Numbered from the stretch's first letter, positions 52,646-63,511 are shown. The stretch: 64,000 nucleotides of DNA from Tagaea sp. (GCA_965279525.1 CBDIIB010000004.1:512001-576000), one strand, 5' to 3'. Notes: generated by a model not told the origin, from the sequence alone. Numbers and translations are program-made.

Positions 52646-53446
52646 ATGAAGATCGGAATTGTGGGACTCGGGGCAATCGGCAGCAAGGTCGCGTCAATGC
52701 TTGCGGCCGGTCGGCCAGATCTGACCCTGACTGCCGTGGCCAGCCGCGATGCCGGCAAGGCGGCACGACAGGCAATGGATCTGAAACTCGGCGTGCCGGC
52801 GGTTCCGCTGGCCGGGCTTGTCGAGCTTTGCGAAACCGTCGTCGACTGTGGCCCGTCCTCGGCCCTGCGCGACACGGCTGCCGCCGCTTTCGCGCGCGGA
52901 CGCACGCTGGTGACTGTCAATGCCGCGGCCCTTCTGGATAGTCCGGATGTCATCGCTTTGGCAGCCTCCTCGGGTGCGCGCCTTGTCGTGGCGACCGGCG
53001 CCTTGCTGGCACTCGATGCGGTCGCGGCGGCAGCACTCGGGCGGATCGAACGCGTGACGATGCGCAACCGCAAGCCGCCACGCGGCCTCGCCGGTGCGCC
53101 ATACATCATCTCGTCCGGAATCAATCTCGATGCGATCCGCGAGCCCACCTGCATTTTCCGGGGGGCCGCCCGCGCAGCGGCGAAGGGTTTTCCGGCGAAC
53201 GTGAACGTCGCCGCAGCCTTGAGCCTTGCCGGAATTGGCCCCGACCGGACCGAGGTCGAGATCTGGGCCGACCCGACGATCGAGCGCAACATCCACGAAT
53301 TCGACCTGGTATCCGACAGCGTCAGCTTCTCGGTCCGGACCGAGGGCCTGCCCTCGCCCGAGAATCCGAAAACCAGCGCGATCGTTCCGCTGTCGGTCGT
53401 CGCCACGCTGGATCGACTGGCAGGCCCCGTCAGGATCGGGACGTAA
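52646..53446 (+). CDS. nadX: L-aspartate dehydrogenase
   Basis: IGIVGLGAIG, FPANVNVAA, NIHE and NPKTS motifs. Confidence 0.9.
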   Translation: MKIGIVGLGAIGSKVASMLAAGRPDLTLTAVASRDAGKAARQAMDLKLGVPAVPLAGLVELCETVVDCGPSSALRDTAAAAFARGRTLVTVNAAALLDSPDVIALAASSGARLVVATGALLALDAVAAAALGRIERVTMRNRKPPRGLAGAPYIISSGINLDAIREPTCIFRGAARAAAKGFPANVNVAAALSLAGIGPDRTEVEIWADPTIERNIHEFDLVSDSVSFSVRTEGLPSPENPKTSAIVPLSVVATLDRLAGPVRIGT

Positions 53447-53855
53447 GCGCGCGCGTCTCGATCCGCTTTTCGGCGGACAGGAACTTGTGGACCGGACAGT
53501 GCTCGGCGATCGCCAGAAGGCGCTGGCGCTGTTCGGCATCCAGATCGCCTTCCAATTCGATTTCCCGGACGATCCGGTCGATTTTGCCCTTCCCGTCGGC
53601 CGCTTCGATCTTGTCCATGTCGAGCCTTACGGAGACACGGTTAAGCTTCCAGCCCTTGCGGTCGGCGTACATGCGGATCGTCATGCTGGTGCAGGCGCCA
53701 AGTCCGGACAGCAGGAACTCGAACGGCTGCGGTCCGCGTCCGGCACCGCCGGCGACGGCCGGCTCGTCGGCCGTCAGGCGATGCGTACCGATCTCGACGC
53801 TGTTCTCGTATCTGGGGCCTGTCTCGCGCACCCAGACGGTTTCAGGTTCGGCCAT
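53430..53855 (-). CDS. OsmC family protein
   Basis: ADEP..GG, LGACTSMTIRMYA and IAEHCPVH motifs. Confidence 0.92.
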   Translation of the reverse strand: MAEPETVWVRETGPRYENSVEIGTHRLTADEPAVAGGAGRGPQPFEFLLSGLGACTSMTIRMYADRKGWKLNRVSVRLDMDKIEAADGKGKIDRIVREIELEGDLDAEQRQRLLAIAEHCPVHKFLSAEKRIETRALTSRS

Positions 53856-53988
53856 GTCGCCCTCTCGATCCGTTGCAGGTTGAGATTTGGCGCTCCTGGC
53901 AACCGACTTCAAGCGTCATGCGAATGCGCTTTCGAAGTGGCTGACGCCACGATATGCCTGTCTTGCCCATGCCTTGAGGACGAATCGG

Positions 53989-54600
53989 ATGACAAACGAC
54001 GATGTCGAGATCCTCTCCCGGGAAAGGCGATATGCCGGATTCCTGAAGGTCGACGAGTTCCGGCTGCGCCACCGCCTTTTCGCCGGCGGGTGGAGCCCGG
54101 TCCTGTCACGCGAGTTGATGGAGCGCGGCCATGCGGTAAGCGTGACGCTCTATGATCCGGATCGCGATTGCGTCGTGCTGATCGAACAGTTCCGCATCGG
54201 CGCCTACGTGGCCGGCAGTCCGGCATGGATGGTCGAGTGCGTCGCCGGCATGCTCAAGCCCGGTGAAGATCCGGTCGAAGTCGCCCGCCGGGAGATTGCC
54301 GAGGAGACGGGATTGACCGCATCGGAGATCGTCCCGGCCGGCCGGGCGTTTGCGTCGCCGGGAGGGACAAGCGAAATGGTCGAGATGTTCGTCGCCCGGG
54401 TCGACTCTTCGGCCGCAGGCGGAATCCATGGTCTCGCCCACGAGGGCGAGGACATCCGCGTGCTGGTCGAGCCCTTCGACGGGGCGCTCGCAGCATTCTT
54501 CGATGGCAGACGCATCGGGAGTTCCTTTACCCTGATGACCCTGCAATGGCTCGCCCTCAACCGGGCGCAGCTCCGGACGAAATGGGAGACACGGACTTGA
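53989..54600 (+). CDS. nudF: ADP-ribose pyrophosphatase (NUDIX)
   Basis: LIEQFRIG, Nudix box AGMLKPGEDPVEVARREIAEETG, SPGG and EGEDI. Confidence 0.9.
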   Translation: MTNDDVEILSRERRYAGFLKVDEFRLRHRLFAGGWSPVLSRELMERGHAVSVTLYDPDRDCVVLIEQFRIGAYVAGSPAWMVECVAGMLKPGEDPVEVARREIAEETGLTASEIVPAGRAFASPGGTSEMVEMFVARVDSSAAGGIHGLAHEGEDIRVLVEPFDGALAAFFDGRRIGSSFTLMTLQWLALNRAQLRTKWETRT

Positions 54601-55649
54601 ACGAGATCCGGAACGGCTTTGTCGGCGCCATCGGCAATACCCCCCTCATCCGCCTGCAGAAGGCAAGTGCCGCGACCGGCTGCGAGATCCTCGGCAAGGC
54701 CGAGTTCCTCAATCCCGGCGGGTCGGTGAAGGACCGTGCGGCCCTGCAGATGATCCTCGACGCCGAGGCCAAGGGCCTGATCAAGCCCGGCGGCACGATC
54801 GTCGAGGGCACCGCCGGCAATACGGGCATCGGGCTTGCCCTCGTCGGCAACGCGCGCGGCTATCGCAGCGTCATCGTGATGCCGGATACGCAGAGCCAGG
54901 AGAAGAAGGACTTCCTCCGCCTGATCGGCGCCGAACTGCGGCTGGTGCCGGCCGTGCCCTATGCCAATCCCAACAACTACGTGAAGGTCTCGGGCAGGCT
55001 TGCGGAGGAGATCGGCCGCTCGTCACCCGGCGGCGCCCTGTGGGCCAACCAGTTCGACAACGTTGCCAACCGCGAGGCGCACGTGCGCACGACAGGTCCC
55101 GAGATCTTCCGCCAGACCGACGGCAAGGTCGACGGCTTCGTGTGCGCCGTCGGCTCGGGCGGAACGCTTGCCGGAACGGCACAGGCGCTGCGCCAACTCA
55201 AGCCCGGCGTGAAGATCGGGCTTGCCGATCCCTTCGGCGCAGCCCTCTACAGCTACTTCACCGACGGCGTGCTGAAGTCGGAAGGCAGTTCGATCACTGA
55301 GGGGATCGGACAGGGCCGCATCACGAAAAACCTCGAGGGCCTCAAGGTCGATCACGCCTTCCGCATTCCGGACGCAGAAGCAGTTCAGATCGTCTTCGAC
55401 CTGCTGATCGAAGAAGGGCTGTTCGTGGGTGCATCGACCGGAATCAATATCGCAGGCGCCATCGCACTGGCGCGCAAGCTCGGGCCGGGCCACACGATCG
55501 TGACGATCCTGTGCGACGGCGGCGCCCGCTATGCCTCGAAGCTTTTCGACCCGGCTTTCCTGCGCTCCAAGAACCTGCCTGTCCCGCACTGGCTGGACAA
55601 GCCGCAAGCGAATCCCGTTTCCACTCCGTTTGAAAAGGTCGCCACATGA
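54582..55649 (+). CDS. cysK: Cysteine synthase
   Basis: IGNTPLIRL, KAEFLNPGGSVKDR, EGTAGNTG and VGSGGT motifs; start at 54582 or TTG 54597. Confidence 0.93.
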   Translation: MGDTDLNEIRNGFVGAIGNTPLIRLQKASAATGCEILGKAEFLNPGGSVKDRAALQMILDAEAKGLIKPGGTIVEGTAGNTGIGLALVGNARGYRSVIVMPDTQSQEKKDFLRLIGAELRLVPAVPYANPNNYVKVSGRLAEEIGRSSPGGALWANQFDNVANREAHVRTTGPEIFRQTDGKVDGFVCAVGSGGTLAGTAQALRQLKPGVKIGLADPFGAALYSYFTDGVLKSEGSSITEGIGQGRITKNLEGLKVDHAFRIPDAEAVQIVFDLLIEEGLFVGASTGINIAGAIALARKLGPGHTIVTILCDGGARYASKLFDPAFLRSKNLPVPHWLDKPQANPVSTPFEKVAT

Positions 55650-56491
55650 CGACCCCGCCCCTGGTCAGCACCGACTGGCTTTCCGAACGTCTGGGTGACG
55701 CAAACGTGCGCGTGCTCGACGGGTCGTACCACCTGCCGACCGCCAAGCGCGATGCAGCGGCGGAGTTCGCGGCAGCCCACGTTCCCGGCGCTTCGTATTT
55801 CGACATCGAGGCCGTCAGCGACCATTCGAACGACCTGCCCCACATGCTGCCGTCTGCCGAAGCATTCGCCGAAGCCGTCGGTGCAATGGGCATCGACAAC
55901 CAGACCCACGTCGTCGTCTACGACGCCTACGGGCTGATGAGTGCCGCCCGCGTCTGGTGGATGTTCCGGATATTCGGGCACGACATGGTTTCGGTTCTCG
56001 ACGGCGGCTTTCCCAAATGGACGAAAGAATCCCGGCCGACCCAGAGCGGGACGCCTTCCGTCGCGGCCCGCCGGTTCAAGGCAAACCTGCGCCCGGAGCT
56101 CGTCCGGACCAAGACTGACCTTGTGGCGAACATCGCGACCGGAGCGGTTCAAGTCATCGATGCACGGGCGGCCGGCCGGTTTGCCGGCACGGCGCCGGAG
56201 CCGCGCCCGGGCCTTCGCAGCGGCCGCATTCCGGGATCGAAGAACCTGCCCTTCACGCAGCTGCTCGATCCGGCAAGCGGCACCGTCCTGCCACCGCTCG
56301 AACTCGCCCGGCAGTTCGCGGCCGCGGGAATCGATGCCACCAAGCCGATCGTGGCGAGCTGCGGTTCGGGCGTGACGGCTTGCGTGATCGCACTCGGCCT
56401 CCACGTTCTCGGCGCCAAGGATGTGGCGATCTACGACGGTTCGTGGTCCGAGTGGGGCCTTGCCGACGGCCCGCCGATCGAAGCCGGATGA
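55646..56491 (+). CDS. sseA: 3-mercaptopyruvate sulfurtransferase
   Basis: LVSTDWL, PHMLPS, active site SCGSGVTAC and YDGSWSEW. Confidence 0.96.
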   Translation: MTTPPLVSTDWLSERLGDANVRVLDGSYHLPTAKRDAAAEFAAAHVPGASYFDIEAVSDHSNDLPHMLPSAEAFAEAVGAMGIDNQTHVVVYDAYGLMSAARVWWMFRIFGHDMVSVLDGGFPKWTKESRPTQSGTPSVAARRFKANLRPELVRTKTDLVANIATGAVQVIDARAAGRFAGTAPEPRPGLRSGRIPGSKNLPFTQLLDPASGTVLPPLELARQFAAAGIDATKPIVASCGSGVTACVIALGLHVLGAKDVAIYDGSWSEWGLADGPPIEAG

Positions 56492-57045
56492 GCTTGCCCG
56501 TGGCTGACGAGCTTGACGTCGCCATAACGCATCTCGAGATGCGGGCGCGCCCGGCGCCGTCGGCGCGCGGACAGCGGCGCTATCCGTTTTCCGTCGCCAC
56601 CTTCCGCGTCGAACAATGCCCGCTCCCCTTCTACCGCTTCCTCTATGCCGAAGTCGGGCGGGAATGGCTCTGGTACGAGCGGCGAACGCTGTCGGACGCC
56701 GCACTCGCCGCTGCAATCCACGTCGAGGGAGTCGACATCCTCGTGCTCTATGCCGGCGGCGCTCCGGCCGGCTATGCCGAACTCGACCGGCGCGAGACCG
56801 ACGGGCCCGGAACGCAGATCCGGTATTTCGGACTCATGCCCGGATTTCTAGGCAAGGGACTTGGCGACATGCTCATGTCGGCCACGCTCGACCGGGCCTG
56901 GTCGGCCGATCCGGCACCTTCGCGCCTTTGGGTGCATACCTGCACGCTCGATCATCCCAGCGCGCTTGCCTTCTATCAGCGCTGGGGCTTCAACGTGTTC
57001 GCCCGCGAACAGACGCGGATCGTCGACCCGCGGCCGCTCGACTGA
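56488..57045 (+). CDS. GNAT family N-acetyltransferase
   Basis: FYRFLYAEVG, YFGLMPGFLGKGLG and WVHTCTLDHPSAL motifs. Confidence 0.9.
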   Translation: MSLPVADELDVAITHLEMRARPAPSARGQRRYPFSVATFRVEQCPLPFYRFLYAEVGREWLWYERRTLSDAALAAAIHVEGVDILVLYAGGAPAGYAELDRRETDGPGTQIRYFGLMPGFLGKGLGDMLMSATLDRAWSADPAPSRLWVHTCTLDHPSALAFYQRWGFNVFAREQTRIVDPRPLD

Positions 57046-57064
57046 CGGCGCTGCCTTACCTCAA

Positions 57065-57838
57065 TCAGTGATTCAGGATCTGCGACAGGAAGAGCTTCGT
57101 GCGCTCGTTCTGGGGATTCGAGAAGAACGCTTCCGGCTCGTTTGCCTCGACGATCTCGCCCTTGTCCATGAACACGACCTTGTCGGCCACGGCCTTGGCG
57201 AAGCCCATCTCGTGCGTGACGCAGATCATCGTCATGCCTTCGCGCGCCAGCGACACCATCGTGTCGAGAACTTCCTTGACCATTTCCGGATCGAGGGCCG
57301 AGGTCGGCTCGTCGAACAGCATGATCTTCGGCTTCATGCACAGCGATCGAGCTATCGCGACGCGCTGCTGCTGGCCGCCCGAAAGCTGGCCCGGATACTT
57401 GTTCGCCTGCTCGGGGATGCGCACGCGGTTGAGGAAGAACATCGCCGTTTCTTCGGCTTCCTTCTTCGGCACCTTGCGGACCCAGATGGGGGCGAGCGTC
57501 AGGTTTTCGAGCACGGTCAAATGCGGGAACAGGTTGAAGTGCTGGAACACCATGCCCACCTCGCGGCGGATCGCCTCGATGTTCTTGAGGTCGTTCGTCA
57601 GTTCGATGCCGTCGACGATCAGATCGCCCTTCTGGTGCTCTTCCAGCCGGTTGATGCAGCGGATCATCGTGGACTTGCCGGACCCCGAGGGACCGCACAC
57701 CACGATCTTCTGGCCGCGCCGGCACTCGAAATCGATGTCCTTGAGGACGTGGAATTCGCCGTACCACTTGTTCAGCTTCTTGAGCTGGATCATCGGCGGT
57801 TCGGAAGTCTTGGCGGCCTGGGCTGCGGTCATGTGCAA
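57065..57838 (-). CDS. aapP: General L-amino acid ABC transporter ATPase
   Basis: [17 protein letters not shown] and FDEPTSALD motifs. Confidence 0.95.
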   Translation of the reverse strand: MHMTAAQAAKTSEPPMIQLKKLNKWYGEFHVLKDIDFECRRGQKIVVCGPSGSGKSTMIRCINRLEEHQKGDLIVDGIELTNDLKNIEAIRREVGMVFQHFNLFPHLTVLENLTLAPIWVRKVPKKEAEETAMFFLNRVRIPEQANKYPGQLSGGQQQRVAIARSLCMKPKIMLFDEPTSALDPEMVKEVLDTMVSLAREGMTMICVTHEMGFAKAVADKVVFMDKGEIVEANEPEAFFSNPQNERTKLFLSQILNH

Positions 57839-57864
57839 GTCACTCCGTCAGTAGCGATTGAGGA

Positions 57865-58968
57865 TCAGCGATGGTGGCTGCGGTTGAGCTCGTGCTCGAC
57901 CTGCTGGCTGTATTTCGACATCGCGAAACAGAACACGAAGTAGATCAGCGACACCCCGAAATAGACATCCGGGCCGAATCCGCGCCAGGCGGGATCGCTC
58001 ACCGCGGTCTTGGCCGCGTTGAGAATGTCGAGAAGACCGATGATCAGGACGAGCGAGGTGTCCTTGAACAGGCCGATGAAGGTATTGACCATCGGCGGAA
58101 TGACCATGCGAAGGGCCTGCGGCAGGACGATCTTGCCGGTGGCCTGCCAATAGGACAGGCCAAGCGCGTCGGCTGCCTCGTACTGCCCCTTCGGGAGGGC
58201 CTGCAGGCCGCCGCGCACCACTTCGGCGAGATAGGCGCCGGCGAAGCCGATGATCGCGATCTGCGCGCGCAGCAGCTTGTCGATCGTGATGCCTTCCGGC
58301 AGGAACAGCGGAAACATGACCGATGCCATGAACAGCAGGCTGATCAGCGGCACGCCGCGGATGAGTTCGATGTAGACGACGCACAGCGTCTTGATCGCCG
58401 GCATGTGCGATCGCCGCCCGAGGGCCAGCAGGATCGCGAGCGGGAACGCGAGCGCGATACCGAAGGTCGACAGGATCAGCGTCAGGACGAGTCCGCCCCA
58501 ACGCTCCTGCGGCACGAAGCTGAGACCGAGGATGCCGCCCCACATGATCACGGCGATCGAGACGAGGCCGACGATCCAGACGAGCGGCAGGCGCGCGTTC
58601 CAGTTCACGCGCATCGCGCTGTAGATGTAGAGCGCGAAGAAGATCACGCAGGAGATCGCGGGCCGCCACTGCTCTTCGTAGGGATATGTGGCGAAGAGAA
58701 TGAACCGCCACTTCTCGGGAAAGACCGCCCAGCAGGCACCGATCCCCTTGACGGCGCGGCAGTCTGCGGCCGGGCCGTACCACACCGCATTGAAGACGCC
58801 CCAGCCGAGGAACCAGATCAGCGTCTTGCCGACCAGATAGAGCAGGACAAGCGAAAGGGCCGTGTTCCACCAGCTCGAGAAGAAATTCGCGCGCACCCAT
58901 TTGGCCGCTTTCGAATCCATCACGCCGCCGGAAGGGCCGCCGATCGTCGCGGTATGACCGTTCGCCAT
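57865..58968 (-). CDS. aapM: General L-amino acid ABC transporter permease
   Basis: IRGVPLI, EVVRGGLQALPKGQYEAA and FKDTSLV motifs. Confidence 0.93.
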   Translation of the reverse strand: MANGHTATIGGPSGGVMDSKAAKWVRANFFSSWWNTALSLVLLYLVGKTLIWFLGWGVFNAVWYGPAADCRAVKGIGACWAVFPEKWRFILFATYPYEEQWRPAISCVIFFALYIYSAMRVNWNARLPLVWIVGLVSIAVIMWGGILGLSFVPQERWGGLVLTLILSTFGIALAFPLAILLALGRRSHMPAIKTLCVVYIELIRGVPLISLLFMASVMFPLFLPEGITIDKLLRAQIAIIGFAGAYLAEVVRGGLQALPKGQYEAADALGLSYWQATGKIVLPQALRMVIPPMVNTFIGLFKDTSLVLIIGLLDILNAAKTAVSDPAWRGFGPDVYFGVSLIYFVFCFAMSKYSQQVEHELNRSHHR

Positions 58969-58971
58969 CTC

Positions 58972-60171
58972 TCAGCGCTCCTTGAAGGCGATACGCTTGT
59001 TGTACCAGTTCATGAACACCGAGATCGAAAGACTGACGGTCAGGTAGGCCGCCATGATGATCGAGATGCCTTCGATGGCCTGGCCGGTCTGGTTCAAGGT
59101 CGTGTTGGCGATCGAAACGAGATCGGGATAGCCGATCGCCACGGCAAGCGACGAGTTCTTGGTCAGGTTCAGGAACTGGCTGGTCATCGGCGGGATGATT
59201 ACGCGCAAGGCCTGCGGCAGGATCACGAGTTGGAGCATCGGCCCCTTGCGGATACCGAGAGCCGAGGCGGCTTCGGTCTGCCCATGCGGAACGGCGAGGA
59301 TGCCCGCACGCACGATCTCAGCGATGAACCCGGCCGTATATGTGATGAGCCCGACCACCAGTGCGGCAAACTCCGGGGTCATCGTCAGGCCACCCTGGAA
59401 ATTGAAACCGCGCATGACCGGCCAGTCCATCGCGATCGGCGCACCGCCAAGCAGCCAGACGACGAAGGGCAACCCGAATATCAGGCCGATCGCCGTCAGA
59501 AATACCGGGAACTGCTCGCCCGTCGCCGCCTGTCGTGCAGCGGCCCAACGCTTCATGAAAAAGGCCGCCACAATGCCGATGACGAGTGCCGCACCCATCC
59601 AGACGTGGATCCAGTGTTCGGCCGGAATCGGAAGCTTGATGCCACGGTTGGAGAGGAACACGCCCGGAAGCGGCTGCAGCGCCTCGCGCGGCCCCGGAAA
59701 GGCATCCTGGAAAATCGCCCACCAGAAAAACAGCTGCACGAGCAGCGGAAGATTCCGCATGAATTCGACATAGACCGAGCAGGATTTGGCCACGAGCCAG
59801 TTCTTGGACAGGCGGCCGATGCCGATGACCGTGCCAAGGATCGTCGCGAAGAAGATGCCGACGACCGCGACGCGCAGCGTATTGAGGATCCCGACCCACA
59901 ATGCGCGACCATAGGAGTGTTCCGGCTCGAATTCGATTACGGACTCGCCGATCGCGAAACCGGCTTCGCGGGTCAGGAAGTCCCACCCCGTCGCGATCGC
60001 CCGGACTTCAAGATTGCGCAACGTATTGGAAATCAGCCACCAGACGATCAACCCGAAGCCGCCGATGACGACGACCTGCCAGAAAATCGCCCGGAATGTC
60101 GGATCGTTGAGCGACATGCGCATGGCGCTGCCGCTTGGCCGCCCACCGGAGCCTGCCGAAATTCCGGCCAT
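58972..60171 (-). CDS. aapQ: General L-amino acid ABC transporter permease
   Basis: RLSKNWL, AEIVRAGI..GQTEAA and LNLTKNSSLAVAIGY motifs. Confidence 0.93.
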   Translation of the reverse strand: MAGISAGSGGRPSGSAMRMSLNDPTFRAIFWQVVVIGGFGLIVWWLISNTLRNLEVRAIATGWDFLTREAGFAIGESVIEFEPEHSYGRALWVGILNTLRVAVVGIFFATILGTVIGIGRLSKNWLVAKSCSVYVEFMRNLPLLVQLFFWWAIFQDAFPGPREALQPLPGVFLSNRGIKLPIPAEHWIHVWMGAALVIGIVAAFFMKRWAAARQAATGEQFPVFLTAIGLIFGLPFVVWLLGGAPIAMDWPVMRGFNFQGGLTMTPEFAALVVGLITYTAGFIAEIVRAGILAVPHGQTEAASALGIRKGPMLQLVILPQALRVIIPPMTSQFLNLTKNSSLAVAIGYPDLVSIANTTLNQTGQAIEGISIIMAAYLTVSLSISVFMNWYNKRIAFKER

Positions 60172-60262
60172 CGCTCCACCCCTCCGCTCGCTGTTTACTC
60201 TCTACCGGTCGGACCTGCGGCTCTTGATCGGCCGCATCGGTGGTCCTTCAAGAAACGGGCCA

Positions 60263-60292
60263 TCGGCGTCCGGGGCTGCCCCCGGACGCCGA
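60263..60292 (-). other. Intercistronic stem-loop after aapJ
   Basis: 13-bp perfect stem TCGGCGTCCGGGG/CCCCGGACGCCGA without an adjacent U-tract. Confidence 0.7.
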
Positions 60293-60303
60293 CGGCTGCC
60301 GTT

Positions 60304-61332
60304 TTAGCGCACCGGCGGAACGTACATGATGCCGCCGTTGGTCCACAGGTTGTTGACACCGCGCTCGATGCCGAGCGGCGTCACGTTGCGGGTGAAGCTT
60401 TCGCCGTAGTTCCCGACCTGCTTGACGATGTTGTAGGCCCACTTGTTGTCGATACCCATCATCGCGCCGAGGCCGCCCGTGGCGCCCACGAAACGCTGGA
60501 TGGCCGGGTTCGTCGAGGTGAGCTGCGAGTCGATGTTGGTCGAGGAAAGGCCGATTTCCTCGGCTTCCACCATCGCCGCGAGCGACCAACGCACGATGTC
60601 GGCCCAACGCTGGTCGCCGTGGCGGACCGACGGACCGAGAGGCTCCTTCGAGATCACTTCCGGCAGGATCACGTGGTCGGCCGGATTCGGCGTGTTCGAC
60701 GCGCGCACCGACGCGAGGCCCGACACGTCGGTCGTGAACGAGTCACAACGGCCGGCGAGATATGCCGCGATGTTCTCTTCAAGACGCTCGATGACGACCG
60801 GTGTGAAACGGATGCGGTTGGCGCGGAAATAGTCGGCGAGGTTGAGTTCGGTCGTCGTGCCCGGCTGCACGCAGATCGTGGCGCCGTTGAGTTCCTTGGC
60901 GCTCTTGATGTTGGCAGACTTCTTCACCATGAAGCCCTGGCCGTCGTAGAAGTTGACGCCGACGAAGTCGAGGCCGAGCGAGGTGTCGCGCGACAGCGTC
61001 CAGGTCGTGTTGCGCGCGAGGATATCGACCTCGCCGGACTGGATTGCCGTGAAGCGCTGCTGGGCGGTGAGCGCCGTGTAGCGGACCTTCGTGGCATCGC
61101 CGAAAACGGCTGCCGCGACCGCGCGGCAAGAGTCGACGTCGAGGCCGGTCCACACGCCCTGCGCGTTCGGCATGCCGAAGCCGGCAACGCTGCCGTTGGC
61201 GCCGCATTGGACGAAGCCGCGCGCCTTCACGGCGTCGAGCGTGGGCGAAGAAGCCGGCGCCTGCGCCTGCGCCGGAACGGCAGCGGCGATCGCAACGACG
61301 GCCGTCGCGAGAACGGTAGCCATGGTTTTCAT
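60304..61332 (-). CDS. aapJ: General L-amino acid ABC transporter binding protein
   Basis: TLDAVKARG, RNTTWTLSRD, ISKEPLGP and VGNYGE motifs. Confidence 0.95.
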   Translation of the reverse strand: MKTMATVLATAVVAIAAAVPAQAQAPASSPTLDAVKARGFVQCGANGSVAGFGMPNAQGVWTGLDVDSCRAVAAAVFGDATKVRYTALTAQQRFTAIQSGEVDILARNTTWTLSRDTSLGLDFVGVNFYDGQGFMVKKSANIKSAKELNGATICVQPGTTTELNLADYFRANRIRFTPVVIERLEENIAAYLAGRCDSFTTDVSGLASVRASNTPNPADHVILPEVISKEPLGPSVRHGDQRWADIVRWSLAAMVEAEEIGLSSTNIDSQLTSTNPAIQRFVGATGGLGAMMGIDNKWAYNIVKQVGNYGESFTRNVTPLGIERGVNNLWTNGGIMYVPPVR

Positions 61333-61551
61333 GAATTGAACTCCCTGTCGGATCGGATGATTTCTAAGAACCAGCTCGGCGGAAGCGTTAACCCCGGAAA
61401 AGGCCGCTTTGCCAAGCCAAGAAGCAGGACGCTAACACGGCGTAGGAACCGGTCTCAATCGGTTTGTATCGATACGTTGTGGGGTTGGTCGATGCGTGCG
61501 GCCGGCGCTATAGTCGCGGGCTTTCCTCAAGAAAACAGGCGATTTGCGAAT

Positions 61552-62736
61552 ATGAAGCCCGAAACGAAGGTCACCACGCTCGGTCGCGACCCAGAAGCGA
61601 ATTTCGGCGTCGTCAATCCACCGGTCTATCACGCGTCGACGATCCTTTTCCCGACGCTTGACGCCCTCGATGCCGTCCAGAAGACGAAACACAAGGGGCA
61701 GATGCGATACGGCCGGTATGGCACGCCGACGACATTCGCCTTGCAGGACGCGATCGCGGAACTTGAAGGCGGCTACGCTACATTCGCCGTCGGCTCCGGA
61801 GCGGCCGCGATCGTTTCGACCCTGATGGCCTTCACCAAATCCGGCGACCATGTCCTGTGCGTCGATACGGCCTACGGTCCGACGCGGCGCTACCTCGACG
61901 TCGTCCTCAAGCGCTACGGCGTCGAGACCACATACTACGATCCGATGATCGGCAGCGGCATCGCCGCCCTCATCCGGCCGAACACGACTTTGTGCATACT
62001 GGAATCACCGGGCACCATGACGTTCGAGATACAGGACGTGCCGGCGATCGTCGCGGCGTGCAAGACGAAGGGTGTGGCGACCGCGCTCGACAATACTTGG
62101 GCAACGCCGCTCTACTTCCGTCCGCTCGATCTCGGCGTCGACGTGTCCGTGATGGCCGGCACGAAGTATGTCGGCGGGCATTCCGACATCATGATGGGGC
62201 TCATCACCGTGCGCGACGAGGAGGTCTACAAGACCATGCGCGCGGCGGTCGACGAGTTGGGCGCATGCACGGGCCCGGACGACCAGTACCTCGCGTTGCG
62301 CGGCCTGCGCACGCTCGGCGTGCGGATGCCGCGGCATTTCGAGACGGGCGTGACGCTTGCGAAATGGCTGCAGAACCAGCCCGAGGTATCGCGCGTGCTG
62401 CACCCCGCCCTGCCCGACTTCCCGGGCCACGCGCTGTGGAAGCGGGATTTCAAGGGCGCCTCGGGCCTGTTCAGCTTCGTGCTGAAGCCGCTTCCGCGTG
62501 CCGCACTCGCCGCGATGGTCGACGACCTCGAGTTCTATGGCATGGGATTCTCATGGGGCGGCTTCGAGAGCCTGATGGTCCCCTCCGACGTGCGTGCGAA
62601 CCGGACCGCGACGCCATGGACCGACGCCGGCCAACTCGTGCGCGTCCATGCCGGTCTCGAAGCACCCGAGGACCTGATCGCCGATCTCGACCGCGGTTTC
62701 CAGCGCCTGCGCAAGGTCGCGCGCGAACAAGGCTGA
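61552..62736 (+). CDS. metC: Cystathionine beta-lyase
   Basis: VNPPVYHAST, YGRYGTPT, DNTWATP, AGTKYVGGHSD and FSWGGFESL motifs. Confidence 0.95.
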   Translation: MKPETKVTTLGRDPEANFGVVNPPVYHASTILFPTLDALDAVQKTKHKGQMRYGRYGTPTTFALQDAIAELEGGYATFAVGSGAAAIVSTLMAFTKSGDHVLCVDTAYGPTRRYLDVVLKRYGVETTYYDPMIGSGIAALIRPNTTLCILESPGTMTFEIQDVPAIVAACKTKGVATALDNTWATPLYFRPLDLGVDVSVMAGTKYVGGHSDIMMGLITVRDEEVYKTMRAAVDELGACTGPDDQYLALRGLRTLGVRMPRHFETGVTLAKWLQNQPEVSRVLHPALPDFPGHALWKRDFKGASGLFSFVLKPLPRAALAAMVDDLEFYGMGFSWGGFESLMVPSDVRANRTATPWTDAGQLVRVHAGLEAPEDLIADLDRGFQRLRKVAREQG

Positions 62737-62739
62737 CGC

Positions 62740-63132
62740 ATGGAGCCGCTCGATGACCTGCTGGCAGAGATCGCGTTCGACGCGCAGGGGCTTGTCGTCG
62801 CGATCGCCCAGCAGCACGACAGCGGCGAAGTCCTGATGGTCGCGTGGATGAACCGCGATGCCGTGCGCGAGACGTTGCGCACCGGTACCGCGTGCTACTG
62901 GTCGCGTTCGCGAATGAAACTGTGGCGCAAGGGCGAGAGTTCGGGCCAGGCGCAGCGTCTCGTGGAACTGCGCATCGACTGCGACGGCGACGCGATCCTG
63001 CTGCGCGTCGATCAAACCGGCGTGGCTTGCCATACCGGGCGCCGGGATTGCTTTTTCCGCGTCGTGCGCGACGGACGGTTCGTCGTCGACCGTCCGGTTC
63101 TCGTCGATCCCAAGTCGCTCTATGGCGGGTAA
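62740..63132 (+). CDS. hisI: Phosphoribosyl-AMP cyclohydrolase
   Basis: YWSRSR..LWRKGESSG, DCDGD and ACHTGRRDCF motifs. Confidence 0.97.
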   Translation: MEPLDDLLAEIAFDAQGLVVAIAQQHDSGEVLMVAWMNRDAVRETLRTGTACYWSRSRMKLWRKGESSGQAQRLVELRIDCDGDAILLRVDQTGVACHTGRRDCFFRVVRDGRFVVDRPVLVDPKSLYGG

Positions 63133-63511
63133 GCGGCCGCCCGCCGCGCGTGCGGAGGGCCCGCGCCTGCGTATCCTGCTCGGCGAGGCGATCGCGCTCG
63201 GGCCAGGCAAGGCCGCCTTGCTCGCGGCGATCGGACAGACCGGCTCGATTTCCGCCGCGGCGCGCGCGATGGGCATGAGCTACCGGCGCGCGTGGACTCT
63301 CGTCGACGAGATGAACCGGGCGTTCCGGGCACCTCTTGTCGCCAGCGAGGCCGGCGGCCGGCGCGGTGGCGGTGCGGTCGTGACCGTACTCGGCAACGAC
63401 GTCCTCGCCCGATATCGCCGGATGGAAGCGATGGCGAGGCGCGCCCTGGCAGACGAAATTTCGGCTTTCCGGCGCCTGTTGCGGACCGACGCCGGCCCGA
63501 GCAGCGATTGA
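63122..63511 (+). CDS. ModE-family winged-helix regulator (DNA-binding domain only)
   Basis: LGPGKAALL..TGSISAAARAMGMSYRRAW...GGRRGGGA; no molybdate-binding domains. Confidence 0.9.
   Translation: MAGKRPPAARAEGPRLRILLGEAIALGPGKAALLAAIGQTGSISAAARAMGMSYRRAWTLVDEMNRAFRAPLVASEAGGRRGGGAVVTVLGNDVLARYRRMEAMARRALADEISAFRRLLRTDAGPSSD

Noticed and set aside
57871-61551. N-terminal part of the 1621-aa plus-strand ORF, an apparent giant MetC fusion
   Set aside because: It is the antisense shadow of aapJQM; the real metC begins at ATG 61552.
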